Assembly: GCA_030669775.1 (NCBI GenBank)
Contig: DAOVCZ010000002.1
Span: 1-35,538, forward strand
Reading direction: 5' to 3'
DNA length: 35,538 nt
Source: Chloroflexota bacterium
GTDB taxonomy: Bacteria; Chloroflexota; Anaerolineae; Anaerolineales; UBA4823
The notes under the pieces were generated by a model, which saw only the letters and a program-made list of their open reading frames with translations, was not told the origin of the DNA and made no database searches. The translations under genes were made by a program, and so were the position numbers. Positions 9,512 through 17,412 of this stretch are shown one piece after another; position 1 is the stretch's first letter; each line of letters opens with the position of its first letter.

Positions 9512-10042
9512 GTGAAGCCCGTCCATCTGCCAATATTCTTTATCATTTTTCTACTGGTTGCCTGCGCAGGGCAGGTAACTCCTACCCTTTATGTTCCCCC
9601 AACCCGGGAGAGCACTCCAGATATTATCACCCAGATCCCCTCAACTGCCGACCTGGAATCTGGAATAGACACACTGTCACCCGGGCCAACACCTTCACCT
9701 ATCTGCACACAAGGGCTGTTTTTCCTGAGTGATATCACGATCCCAGATGGAACTATTGTAAACCCGGGAGAGATATTAGATAAGCGCTGGTTAGTTGAAA
9801 ACAGCGGTTCCTGCAACTGGGATCGTCGATTCAGCTTGCGGTTGATCGCCGGACCAGACATGGGTGCTCAACGCGAGATAGCTTTATTTCCTGCTCGCAG
9901 CGGAGCTCAAGCCGAAATCCGCATACTGTTCACTGCGCCGCCAGACCCAGGTGCTCACCGCAGTGCCTGGCAGGCCCAGGATCCACAAGGAAACCTGTTC
10001 GGCGACCCCATATTCATCGAAGTGGTTGTACCAAATCCTTAG
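9512..10042 (+). CDS. lipoprotein with NBR1-type Ig-like domain
   Basis: GTG start and signal peptide with lipobox FLLVAC. The segment ITIPDGTIVNPGEILDKRWLVENSGSCNWD...LRLIAG resembles the NBR1-like Ig fold. Confidence 0.55.
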   Translation: MKPVHLPIFFIIFLLVACAGQVTPTLYVPPTRESTPDIITQIPSTADLESGIDTLSPGPTPSPICTQGLFFLSDITIPDGTIVNPGEILDKRWLVENSGSCNWDRRFSLRLIAGPDMGAQREIALFPARSGAQAEIRILFTAPPDPGAHRSAWQAQDPQGNLFGDPIFIEVVVPNP

Positions 10043-10327
10043 GTGTAGGAAAATTATTTCAATCAACCAATGAATGATCCCCCAGCATACAACCCCTTTT
10101 GTGAAACAGATACCATCCCCTTGTGCGGCCCATTCCCGAGGCGTTGCTGAAGCCGGAATGATATAATTAATTCGTAGAGGGCAACCCCTGCCAATGTTTG
10201 TGTTTGGTGGTGGAGCGATTCGGTATTCTCGGTTCAGTTCGTACCTCTTCTTGCTCGTCGACATCCTCCTAATGTACCCTTATCCATTAAATCATCCAGG
10301 CTTGTTTTATACTAATTTCATCGCAGA

Positions 10328-12319
10328 ATGTCCCGGCAAGACACATGGTCCGGAGGCGATCGGGTGAGCGAAGAATTTACATTCAAAGGCGATTTCATTT
10401 GGCGACCCACTGCTGAATACATCGATCAGGCTCACCTGACCCGGTTCATACGCCAGCACAACCTCCCCGATTTTAATGCCTTGATGCAGCGTTCGACTGA
10501 AGATGTTGCCTGGTTCACTGAAGCGGTTCTTCAATACCTCGATATCCAGTTCTACACTCCATACAGCAAGGTTCTCGATTTGTCTCAGGGGATTGCCTGG
10601 CCGCGCTGGGTGGTTGGGGGAAAAATGAATATTGTTCATAATCTATTGGACAAGTATATTGGCAGCTCAATTGAAGACCGGGTAGCACTGATCACTGAGA
10701 ATGAATCCGGGGTGGTAAATTCCTACACCTATGCTGAACTGTATCGTAAAGTCAACCAGGCAGCCAATGCGCTACGCAGCTTGGGTCTGGGCTCTGGCGA
10801 TGCAATTGGCTTATTTATGCCCATGACCTGTGAGATCGTAGTTGCCATGCTGGCAATTGCCAAGATCGGCAGCATTATTCTGCCTTTGTTCTCCGGCTAT
10901 GGTTCCGGAGCCGTGGTTACCCGATTGGCAGATGCAGACGCCAAAGCGCTCTTCACCGCGGATGGCTTCCAGCGCCGGGGGCAAACCATTAATATGAAAA
11001 CCGTTGCGGATCGGGCTGCGGTTCAGGTTTCTTCCCTTGAACACATGATCGTTACAAACAACGCGAACCTGACGGTGGATATGATCGCAGGGCGCGACCA
11101 TTGGTGGCATGACCTGGTTGAGAAGCAATCAGAACAAGCCAATACCGAGATCATCGACGCTGAGCAAGTTTTGATGGTCATCTATACCTCCGGGACCACC
11201 GGTCGCCCGAAAGGCGCTGTACACACCCATACCGGTTTTCCTGTCAAAGCTGCCCAAGATATGGCTTTCGGTACAGACCTGCATCCAGGCCAGCGTTTTT
11301 ATTGGATGACGGATATGGGATGGATGATGGGTCCCTGGCTCGTCTTTGGGGCAATGATTTTGGGGGGCACATTTATTCTTTACGACGGTGCTCCGGATTA
11401 TCCCAGTTCAGACAGGCTCTGGGAGATGATAGAGCGCCACCGTATCACTACCCTTGGCATTTCACCGACTTTGATCCGGAGTCTAATTCCCTCTGGAGAA
11501 CAGCAGTTTCGCTCCTATGACTTATCTTCGATCAAATTCTTCGCTTCGACTGGCGAACCATGGAATCCCGATCCTTGGATGTGGCTTTTTGAGGAGGTTG
11601 GTCAAGGGAAACGACCCATAATTAATTACTCTGGCGGTACAGAGATCTCTGGTGGCATTGTCATGGGTAATCCCATTCTACCCATCAAACCAACAGCTTT
11701 TTCCGCTCCTTGTCCTGGTATCGCAGCCGATGTCTTTGATGAAGACGGCAAACCGGTTCGCAACCAGGTCGGAGAATTGGTCATCAAAGCCCCCTGGATC
11801 GGTATGACGCGCGGATTTTGGGGAGATCCAGAACGTTATGAAGAAACTTACTGGTCCCGCTGGTCTAATATATGGGTGCAAGGTGATTTTGCGGTTGTTG
11901 ACTCAGATGGGCAATGGTACATCTTAGGTCGGTCTGATGATACGATCAAGGTAGCAGGTAAGCGATTAGGTCCTGCCGAAGTCGAATCAATATTGGTCTC
12001 CCATCCCGGGGTCATCGAAGCAGCAGCTATTGGTGTACCCGACGATCTCAAGGGCAACACCGTAGTGGTCTTCTGTGTACCCGCTATCGGTCATTCACCT
12101 TCCAATAAATTGAGGGAAGAGTTAAAGAGTTTAATAGTATCTTCTTTAGGAAAACCGCTGGCACCCAAAGAAATTCTTTTTGTTAGCGATCTGCCGAAGA
12201 CGCGCAATGCCAAGGTCATGCGCCGTATGGCCCGTGCAGCATACTTGGGATTAGATCCAGGAGATACCTCTTCGTTGGTGAATCCCGAATCTATTACTGG
12301 TATTCAACAAGCCACCTAG
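10328..12319 (+). CDS. AMP-forming acyl-CoA synthetase (acetyl-/acetoacetyl-CoA synthetase family)
   Basis: 663 aa. AMP-binding motif IYTSGTTGRPKG, STGEPWNP, GDFAVVDSDGQWYILGRSDD, and C-terminal LPKTRNAKVMRR. Confidence 0.85.
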   Translation: MSRQDTWSGGDRVSEEFTFKGDFIWRPTAEYIDQAHLTRFIRQHNLPDFNALMQRSTEDVAWFTEAVLQYLDIQFYTPYSKVLDLSQGIAWPRWVVGGKMNIVHNLLDKYIGSSIEDRVALITENESGVVNSYTYAELYRKVNQAANALRSLGLGSGDAIGLFMPMTCEIVVAMLAIAKIGSIILPLFSGYGSGAVVTRLADADAKALFTADGFQRRGQTINMKTVADRAAVQVSSLEHMIVTNNANLTVDMIAGRDHWWHDLVEKQSEQANTEIIDAEQVLMVIYTSGTTGRPKGAVHTHTGFPVKAAQDMAFGTDLHPGQRFYWMTDMGWMMGPWLVFGAMILGGTFILYDGAPDYPSSDRLWEMIERHRITTLGISPTLIRSLIPSGEQQFRSYDLSSIKFFASTGEPWNPDPWMWLFEEVGQGKRPIINYSGGTEISGGIVMGNPILPIKPTAFSAPCPGIAADVFDEDGKPVRNQVGELVIKAPWIGMTRGFWGDPERYEETYWSRWSNIWVQGDFAVVDSDGQWYILGRSDDTIKVAGKRLGPAEVESILVSHPGVIEAAAIGVPDDLKGNTVVVFCVPAIGHSPSNKLREELKSLIVSSLGKPLAPKEILFVSDLPKTRNAKVMRRMARAAYLGLDPGDTSSLVNPESITGIQQAT

Positions 12320-12331
12320 GGAGGAGGAGCA

Positions 12332-12457
12332 ATGCCCATTTGGTGCCCAGAATGCAATGCCATGCTTGCTGACGGAACAGAGGAATGCCCTCGTTGTGGG
12401 ACCCATATAGGAACACCTGAACCTGAAGATGAATTCAGAGGTTCTGACATTGCCTGA
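12332..12457 (+). CDS. small zinc-ribbon protein (41 aa), possibly the N-terminal part of a disrupted 85-codon zinc-ribbon/TM protein
   Basis: GGAGGAGG lies 4-12 nt upstream of ATG 12332. Sequence MPIWCPECNAMLADGTEECPRCGTHIGTPEPEDEFRGSDIA* has a CxxC-N11-CxxC pattern. Too short for the ORF track. Confidence 0.5.
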   Translation: MPIWCPECNAMLADGTEECPRCGTHIGTPEPEDEFRGSDIA

Positions 12458-12578
12458 TTCAGTGCTTATACCTTCGCGATTATCCTCATTCCAATCATTG
12501 TTGGCGTGGGAATCGCTTTGCTCTGTCTCTTTTTATTTTTTTATCCGCGATTGATCCAACTTCGAACGGAGAAAATCC

Positions 12579-13730
12579 ATGAATTTTGACCTGACTGAAG
12601 AACAACGCATGTGGAAAAAGGCTATCCATGATTTCGTATCCCGGGACGTCAAACCTTCCGCACAGATGGTAGATGAAGAGGGACAATTTAACTGGCAGGC
12701 CACCCATAAAATGGGACCAATTGGACTGCTCGGATTAAACGTACCCGAGAAATATGGTGGGGCTGGTGTGGATGCCGTCAGCGCGGCGATCGCCATGGAG
12801 GAACTCGGCTGGGGTTGTGGCAGTACCGCGTTATCGATATCCGCCCACAATGGTCTTGGATGCGCACCATTATCCTTATTTGGGGGAAGTGAACTCAAAA
12901 AGCGCTTCCTGCCTCCAGTTGCTACAGGTGAGGGAAAACTTGCCGCCCTGGCGCTCACCGAACCCGGCGCGGGTTCAGACCTTAAAGGTGGTGTTCGCAC
13001 CCGGGCTGAGCTGGGGGGAGGCGAGTGGGTAATCAATGGCACAAAAATGTGGATTACCAACGCCGGCATTGCCGATTTCATCGTCACCCTTGTGCGCACC
13101 GATCCGAACGGCGGCTCTCGCTCGCTCAGCTTAATCCTAGTACCAACAGACACCCCAGGAATGCATATCGGACCCCCAGAGAAGAAAATGGGGTTGAAGG
13201 GATGTCCCACTCACCCGGTAACTTATGAGGATGTCAGGGTGCCGGAAAATTTCCTGCTGGGTGAAGTCGGTCAGGGACTGCATCAAACATTCACCGTTCT
13301 CGACTGGGGGCGGGTGAGCATCGCTGCACTTTCAGTTGGCCTGGCTCAGGCGGCTTTTGAAGAGGCTGTTCGTTACGCGAATGAGCGGCATACGTTTGGT
13401 GTTCCCCTTTCGCATCACCAGGCGATCCAATGGATGCTGGCCGATGCTGCTACCCAGATCCAGACTGCTCGCTTGATGGTTTATTTTGCAGCTTGGTTGA
13501 AAGACCTGGGACGCCCCTTCATAATGGAAGCTTCCATGGCGAAGCTCAACGCAACAGAGATGGCTGAGCAGGTATGCCGTGACGCGATCCAAATTCTCGG
13601 AGGCTACGGCTATAGTCGAGAATATCCCGTTGAGCGAATTTACCGTGACGCACGGTTAATGACGATTGGGGAAGGTACTAGTGAGGTCCAAAGAATGGTG
13701 ATCGCCCGCAAGGTGATACAAACCGATTAA
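12579..13730 (+). CDS. acyl-CoA dehydrogenase (short/medium-chain type)
   Basis: 383 aa. Contains ALTEPGAGSD, WITNAGIADF, and C-terminal IGEGTSEVQRMVIAR, typical of ACAD flavoproteins. Confidence 0.9.
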   Translation: MNFDLTEEQRMWKKAIHDFVSRDVKPSAQMVDEEGQFNWQATHKMGPIGLLGLNVPEKYGGAGVDAVSAAIAMEELGWGCGSTALSISAHNGLGCAPLSLFGGSELKKRFLPPVATGEGKLAALALTEPGAGSDLKGGVRTRAELGGGEWVINGTKMWITNAGIADFIVTLVRTDPNGGSRSLSLILVPTDTPGMHIGPPEKKMGLKGCPTHPVTYEDVRVPENFLLGEVGQGLHQTFTVLDWGRVSIAALSVGLAQAAFEEAVRYANERHTFGVPLSHHQAIQWMLADAATQIQTARLMVYFAAWLKDLGRPFIMEASMAKLNATEMAEQVCRDAIQILGGYGYSREYPVERIYRDARLMTIGEGTSEVQRMVIARKVIQTD

Positions 13731-14320
13731 GGTTCTGCAGCGACTGCATAGGACATACTGAGCACCTCCCATTTTTGAGGGGGCCAGTAGACCATAAATG
13801 CTTTACCGATCACATTTTCCACAGGCACCACACCCCAGGCGCGTGAATCGGACGAATTATTGCGGTTATCCCCCATCACGAATAATGCATCTTGCGGTAC
13901 AGTCCACTCCCCTCCCTGTTGAGTTTGCGTTTCCAGGTAGGGTTCGGAGATGCGAACACCATTAATAAAAACCTTCCCGCCCTCAACCATAACATGCTCA
14001 CCTGGCAAACCAATCACCCGTTTGATATATGGATCAAGTTCAGGATCCGGTGGGTACTTAAATACAATGATATCTCCCCGGCTGGGATCACCAAACTGGT
14101 AAGACAATTTATTTACCACCACAAAATTCCCGGCCAACAAGGTCGGTTGCATACTTACCGATTCAACCCGGATGCGGGCTGATATGGTGTTGATGCTTAG
14201 AAATAGAAATAATGAAATAAGAGCAATTTCCAGGATATCCTTTATAGACCGCCTGAAATTTCCCTGTTCCGGGTTCTCAGGCGGAGGATCCGGATATTCT
14301 TTGCTGCGTAAGTGTTCCAA
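13727..14320 (-). CDS. lepB: signal peptidase I
   Basis: S26 motifs SMQPTL (Ser), KRVIGLPGE (Lys), GDNRNNSSDSRAWG. N-terminal TM segment. Confidence 0.9.
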   Translation of the reverse strand: MEHLRSKEYPDPPPENPEQGNFRRSIKDILEIALISLFLFLSINTISARIRVESVSMQPTLLAGNFVVVNKLSYQFGDPSRGDIIVFKYPPDPELDPYIKRVIGLPGEHVMVEGGKVFINGVRISEPYLETQTQQGGEWTVPQDALFVMGDNRNNSSDSRAWGVVPVENVIGKAFMVYWPPQKWEVLSMSYAVAAEP

Positions 14321-14339
14321 AGGACCCTTCCTCTACCAA

Positions 14340-14843
14340 CTATTCGCTAACCTGCCTGTGTCCAGCTTCTGCTTCAGGGTCATCTGATAATAATGCTACA
14401 GCGTGTTCAAAAACCGGCAAAACGACATTAAGATTCTCTACTGCAGCCCTTGGGCTCCCAGGTAAGTTCACTATCAAAGTACGACCTCTGATCCCTGCCC
14501 TGGCACGGGATATCATCGCATGCGGCGTTACAGTCAGGCTGGCAGCCCTCATGGCTTCTGCTAATCCTGGTGCCTCCCGATGGACCACTTTTATTGTCGC
14601 TTCAGGGGTAATATCCCGAGGGCTGAATCCCGTGCCTCCTGTGGTCAGGATGATATCTAATTCCCCAGAATCAGCCCAGGTTGCCAAAGTATCGATTAAT
14701 AACGGCAGTTCATCTGGAATGATCTCCACCCGGCTAACAGACCAGCCCCGCTCGCTGATCAATTCCTCAATGGCGGGACCAGAGAGGTCAGGTCTTTCAC
14801 CCCGTGCTGATCTATCTGATACTGTGAGTATACCTATGCGCAA
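14340..14843 (-). CDS. mogA: molybdopterin adenylyltransferase / MoaB-MogA family protein
   Basis: Begins MRIGILTVSDRSARGERPDLSGP. Contains TTGGTGFSPRD and ends LIVNLPGSPRA, as in MoCF-biosynthesis domain proteins. Confidence 0.8.
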   Translation of the reverse strand: MRIGILTVSDRSARGERPDLSGPAIEELISERGWSVSRVEIIPDELPLLIDTLATWADSGELDIILTTGGTGFSPRDITPEATIKVVHREAPGLAEAMRAASLTVTPHAMISRARAGIRGRTLIVNLPGSPRAAVENLNVVLPVFEHAVALLSDDPEAEAGHRQVSE

Positions 14844-14861
14844 GAATTTTCTCCCCTCCTT

Positions 14862-15290
14862 CTATTGAAGATCTTTTCCCAATGCGAATAAATCCAGGAG
14901 CTGCCAACCACGCTTCTCATAAAATTCGATGGCTGGATTATTTTTTGTGATCAGCAAATATGACCGCAAGCAGCCTTTTTCCCGCAAAAGTTCTTCTAAG
15001 TTCTCCATTAAAGCTTTCCCAATCCCTTGCTGGCGATGTTCTTCATAAACTGCCAGGTGATAAACCAGTGCTCGCCGACCATCATATCCCCCCATCACCG
15101 CCCCGACGATCTTTCCAAGATGTTCAGCGACTAGGAATAGATCGGGATCTCTACCTTGTTTCTTGGCGATTTCTTCCAGTGTATCCGACCGTCCTCTGTG
15201 AACGCCCGGACTGGAATGATCCCACAGCTCAACAACCGATCCATAATCATCTGGAAATTGAAAAGGCCGGATATGAACTGGTTTTTTCAT
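14862..15290 (-). CDS. GNAT family N-acetyltransferase
   Basis: 142 aa. Acetyl-CoA binding motif EEHRQQGIGKALM. Its start overlaps the stop of the PHP gene by 4 nt. Confidence 0.8.
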   Translation of the reverse strand: MKKPVHIRPFQFPDDYGSVVELWDHSSPGVHRGRSDTLEEIAKKQGRDPDLFLVAEHLGKIVGAVMGGYDGRRALVYHLAVYEEHRQQGIGKALMENLEELLREKGCLRSYLLITKNNPAIEFYEKRGWQLLDLFALGKDLQ

Positions 15291-17035
15291 TCCTCATCCT
15301 GACCGACCAACTGCTTCCAGGGACCATGGATTCCATCATCGGTGACGCCAAAGTAGTACCGATATCCTTGAGGAGTCCGCTGAACGAGATCGTAGTTGGG
15401 GCGTTTACCCAGTTTTCCTTGGTGGAGCAAACCGAAATCACCCTGCCATTGGATTTCAGCTTTTTCAAGGTTTGCAGGTAAACGAGCATATTGGGTAAGC
15501 GCGTAGTGCCACAGCCGTCGAGCTGATTTTAAGGTCACGTTCTTGACTACATTCCCGTTCCGTAAATCTCTCACCGTGTAGAAACTACCTCCATCCCGTT
15601 CCTCCACACTAACCACCTCCACACCGGTGCGCGGCGCCAACTCAACTTTCTCATCCGTTGGTAAGGCTAGATCTTTCTTGCCTTCACCAGTATCCAGGGT
15701 TTCGGTTTTTCCCGCAAGCTGTAGGGAATCGCTCTTACCACGCTGGACTAGGCTGACGATCTCATCTCTAACAGCTTGGCTGGTTTCGGATTCGGTGCGC
15801 ACATAAATCTTGTAATCGTCCACCACATATGGGGGATCGTCCCCGCGCGGGACAAGTACTCGTAGAATCGTCTTGCCACCGGTCTTATGGGCATCGATTG
15901 TGCAGTGCAGATGGGGGCTGATCCGGTTGCCAATCTCTTTTTCGAGTTGTACGATTGCTTGGTCTGGATTCGACATGCCGGTGATAGCTTTTCGCGGATC
16001 CGCACTAAGTCCCAGGAAAAGCGTTCCACCGTTTGCATTGGCGAATGCACTGATATCGGCCACCACTGCATATAAGCGACCACCTCGCACAGATAAGCTC
16101 TCATGAAAATCCTGGACGATATTGGCGCCCTCTTCACGCGCCGTACGAATGAAATCGTATGCCGGTTCAGCCTTCAAACGATGAGGCCTGGTCCTTGAAA
16201 AGTCATTGCTTGAGAAAAGCTCTTTCAATGCTCTGAAACTAATGTCTGGTATTAATACATCTGTTGGGCGATCACCAACTCCAAGATTGCCCTGCCTTTG
16301 CTTATCGGACGTCAGGCGATGGGCGTCAGAGCCTTGGATGCAGTGCATTCGCCGCGGGTACTCGGGTTTCGTGCCATTGAAGAATGCAGCTGTTGTGCGG
16401 CGCCCCTTTTTCTCAAGATCGGTAACTTCCAAGGCATCCAGATTTGGATCTTGAGTATAAGCGATCCTGGTCTGCCCTCCAAATGTGAAGCCCCTCATCG
16501 CGACGCCATGAGTTGAGTTGGCATGCGCGGCGATCGCCAATCCCCCTGCCTCAGCGATGGCAAGATAAGCGCCGATCACGTCCGTGGTGGCGCCAACTGT
16601 ATCCGAACCATAATCAAGCTGCTCGGCTGGTATATTCAAATTGAGCAAAATGTGTTCGATCTCACGCAAGGGTTTATCCTCCGGGAAAATACCGAGGATA
16701 TGAAAACCAAACGTCGCCGTAAATTCAAAACCAGCTAAAACTAATACCTTTTTAAACAACCGACGAAATTCATTCAATTGGACTTGCTCGTCAGCTAATA
16801 AGCGACCAGAGCTCTCCAAAAACTCTAATTTCTCTACATCTTCCATCATCTGCCGGTATCCAGCGATGGTATTATGATCGGTGAAGGCGATAATATCTAA
16901 TCCTCGCGCTTCTGCTCGTTGTAATATCTCTAAATAAGTCACGCCCGGTTGCTGATAATCTACTGAAGCGGGAGTATGGAGGTGTAGATCCATTGTCCGC
17001 CATTGCATCGAGCCGCGTGTTTGTTTTTTTGCCAC
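15287..17035 (-). CDS. PHP-domain phosphoesterase fused to an AlbA_2/Schlafen-like putative nucleic-acid-binding domain and an unassigned C-terminal domain
   Basis: 582 aa. PHP motifs MDLHLHTPAS, AFTDHNT, AAHANSTHG, IQGSDAHR (TrpH/RNase AM-like). Middle segment RLYAVVADISAFANANGGTLFLGLS...ILRVLVPRGDDPPYVV resembles AlbA_2. The last ~130 aa are unassigned. Confidence 0.75.
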   Translation of the reverse strand: MAKKQTRGSMQWRTMDLHLHTPASVDYQQPGVTYLEILQRAEARGLDIIAFTDHNTIAGYRQMMEDVEKLEFLESSGRLLADEQVQLNEFRRLFKKVLVLAGFEFTATFGFHILGIFPEDKPLREIEHILLNLNIPAEQLDYGSDTVGATTDVIGAYLAIAEAGGLAIAAHANSTHGVAMRGFTFGGQTRIAYTQDPNLDALEVTDLEKKGRRTTAAFFNGTKPEYPRRMHCIQGSDAHRLTSDKQRQGNLGVGDRPTDVLIPDISFRALKELFSSNDFSRTRPHRLKAEPAYDFIRTAREEGANIVQDFHESLSVRGGRLYAVVADISAFANANGGTLFLGLSADPRKAITGMSNPDQAIVQLEKEIGNRISPHLHCTIDAHKTGGKTILRVLVPRGDDPPYVVDDYKIYVRTESETSQAVRDEIVSLVQRGKSDSLQLAGKTETLDTGEGKKDLALPTDEKVELAPRTGVEVVSVEERDGGSFYTVRDLRNGNVVKNVTLKSARRLWHYALTQYARLPANLEKAEIQWQGDFGLLHQGKLGKRPNYDLVQRTPQGYRYYFGVTDDGIHGPWKQLVGQDEE

Positions 17036-17045
17036 TTTTATCTCT

Positions 17046-17408
17046 CTATCCTAATGTTTGTTGTATTTTTTCTATCAGTTCATCCGGCATAAAAGGCTTG
17101 AGAATAAACCCATCTGCCCCTTCTTGTTGACTTCTATCTGTCATCTCCACTCCCGAGGCAATCAGTACCCTCACCCCATCTAATACAGGTTCCTTGCGTA
17201 AAGAATGTAACACATCAAAACCGTTCAGATGGCGCAAGTGTACATCCATTAATATCAAATCAGGTTTTTCCTTGCAAAGTGAATCGATCGTGTCCTGGAT
17301 ATGTTCTTCCCCCTCCCAAAGGACAACATCATACCCTTCGAACTCCAACAGCATTTGCAGCAAGGAGAACATATTAGCATCATCTTCGATCACCATAATT
17401 TTTGGCAT
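17046..17408 (-). CDS. single-domain response regulator (CheY-like receiver)
   Basis: 120 aa. Acidic pair EDD, phospho-acceptor in LILMDV, conserved S in IASG, and K in ILKPF. Confidence 0.85.
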   Translation of the reverse strand: MPKIMVIEDDANMFSLLQMLLEFEGYDVVLWEGEEHIQDTIDSLCKEKPDLILMDVHLRHLNGFDVLHSLRKEPVLDGVRVLIASGVEMTDRSQQEGADGFILKPFMPDELIEKIQQTLG

Positions 17409-17412
17409 ATTT

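Noticed and set aside
10070-10150. 26-aa Cys-containing mini-ORF (MNDPPAYNPFCETDTIPLCGPFPRRC) in the spacer
   Set aside because: No SD and no precursor-peptide or modification-enzyme context. It cannot be distinguished from chance.
9884-10264. 126-aa minus-strand ORF spanning the 10043-10327 spacer
   Set aside because: It overlaps the 3' end of the lipoprotein gene by about 160 nt. The sequence is Trp/Cys/Ile-rich and odd, and the AGGAGG abuts the ATG with zero spacing.
12455-12457. Selenocysteine recoding of the in-frame TGA
   Set aside because: No SECIS-like hairpin lies in the ~40 nt downstream. The position is a cytoplasm/membrane junction rather than a redox site.
12533-13210. 225-aa minus-strand ORF
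   Set aside because: It is antisense to the acyl-CoA dehydrogenase gene. The Pro/Ser/Arg-rich low-complexity translation is typical of antisense frames.
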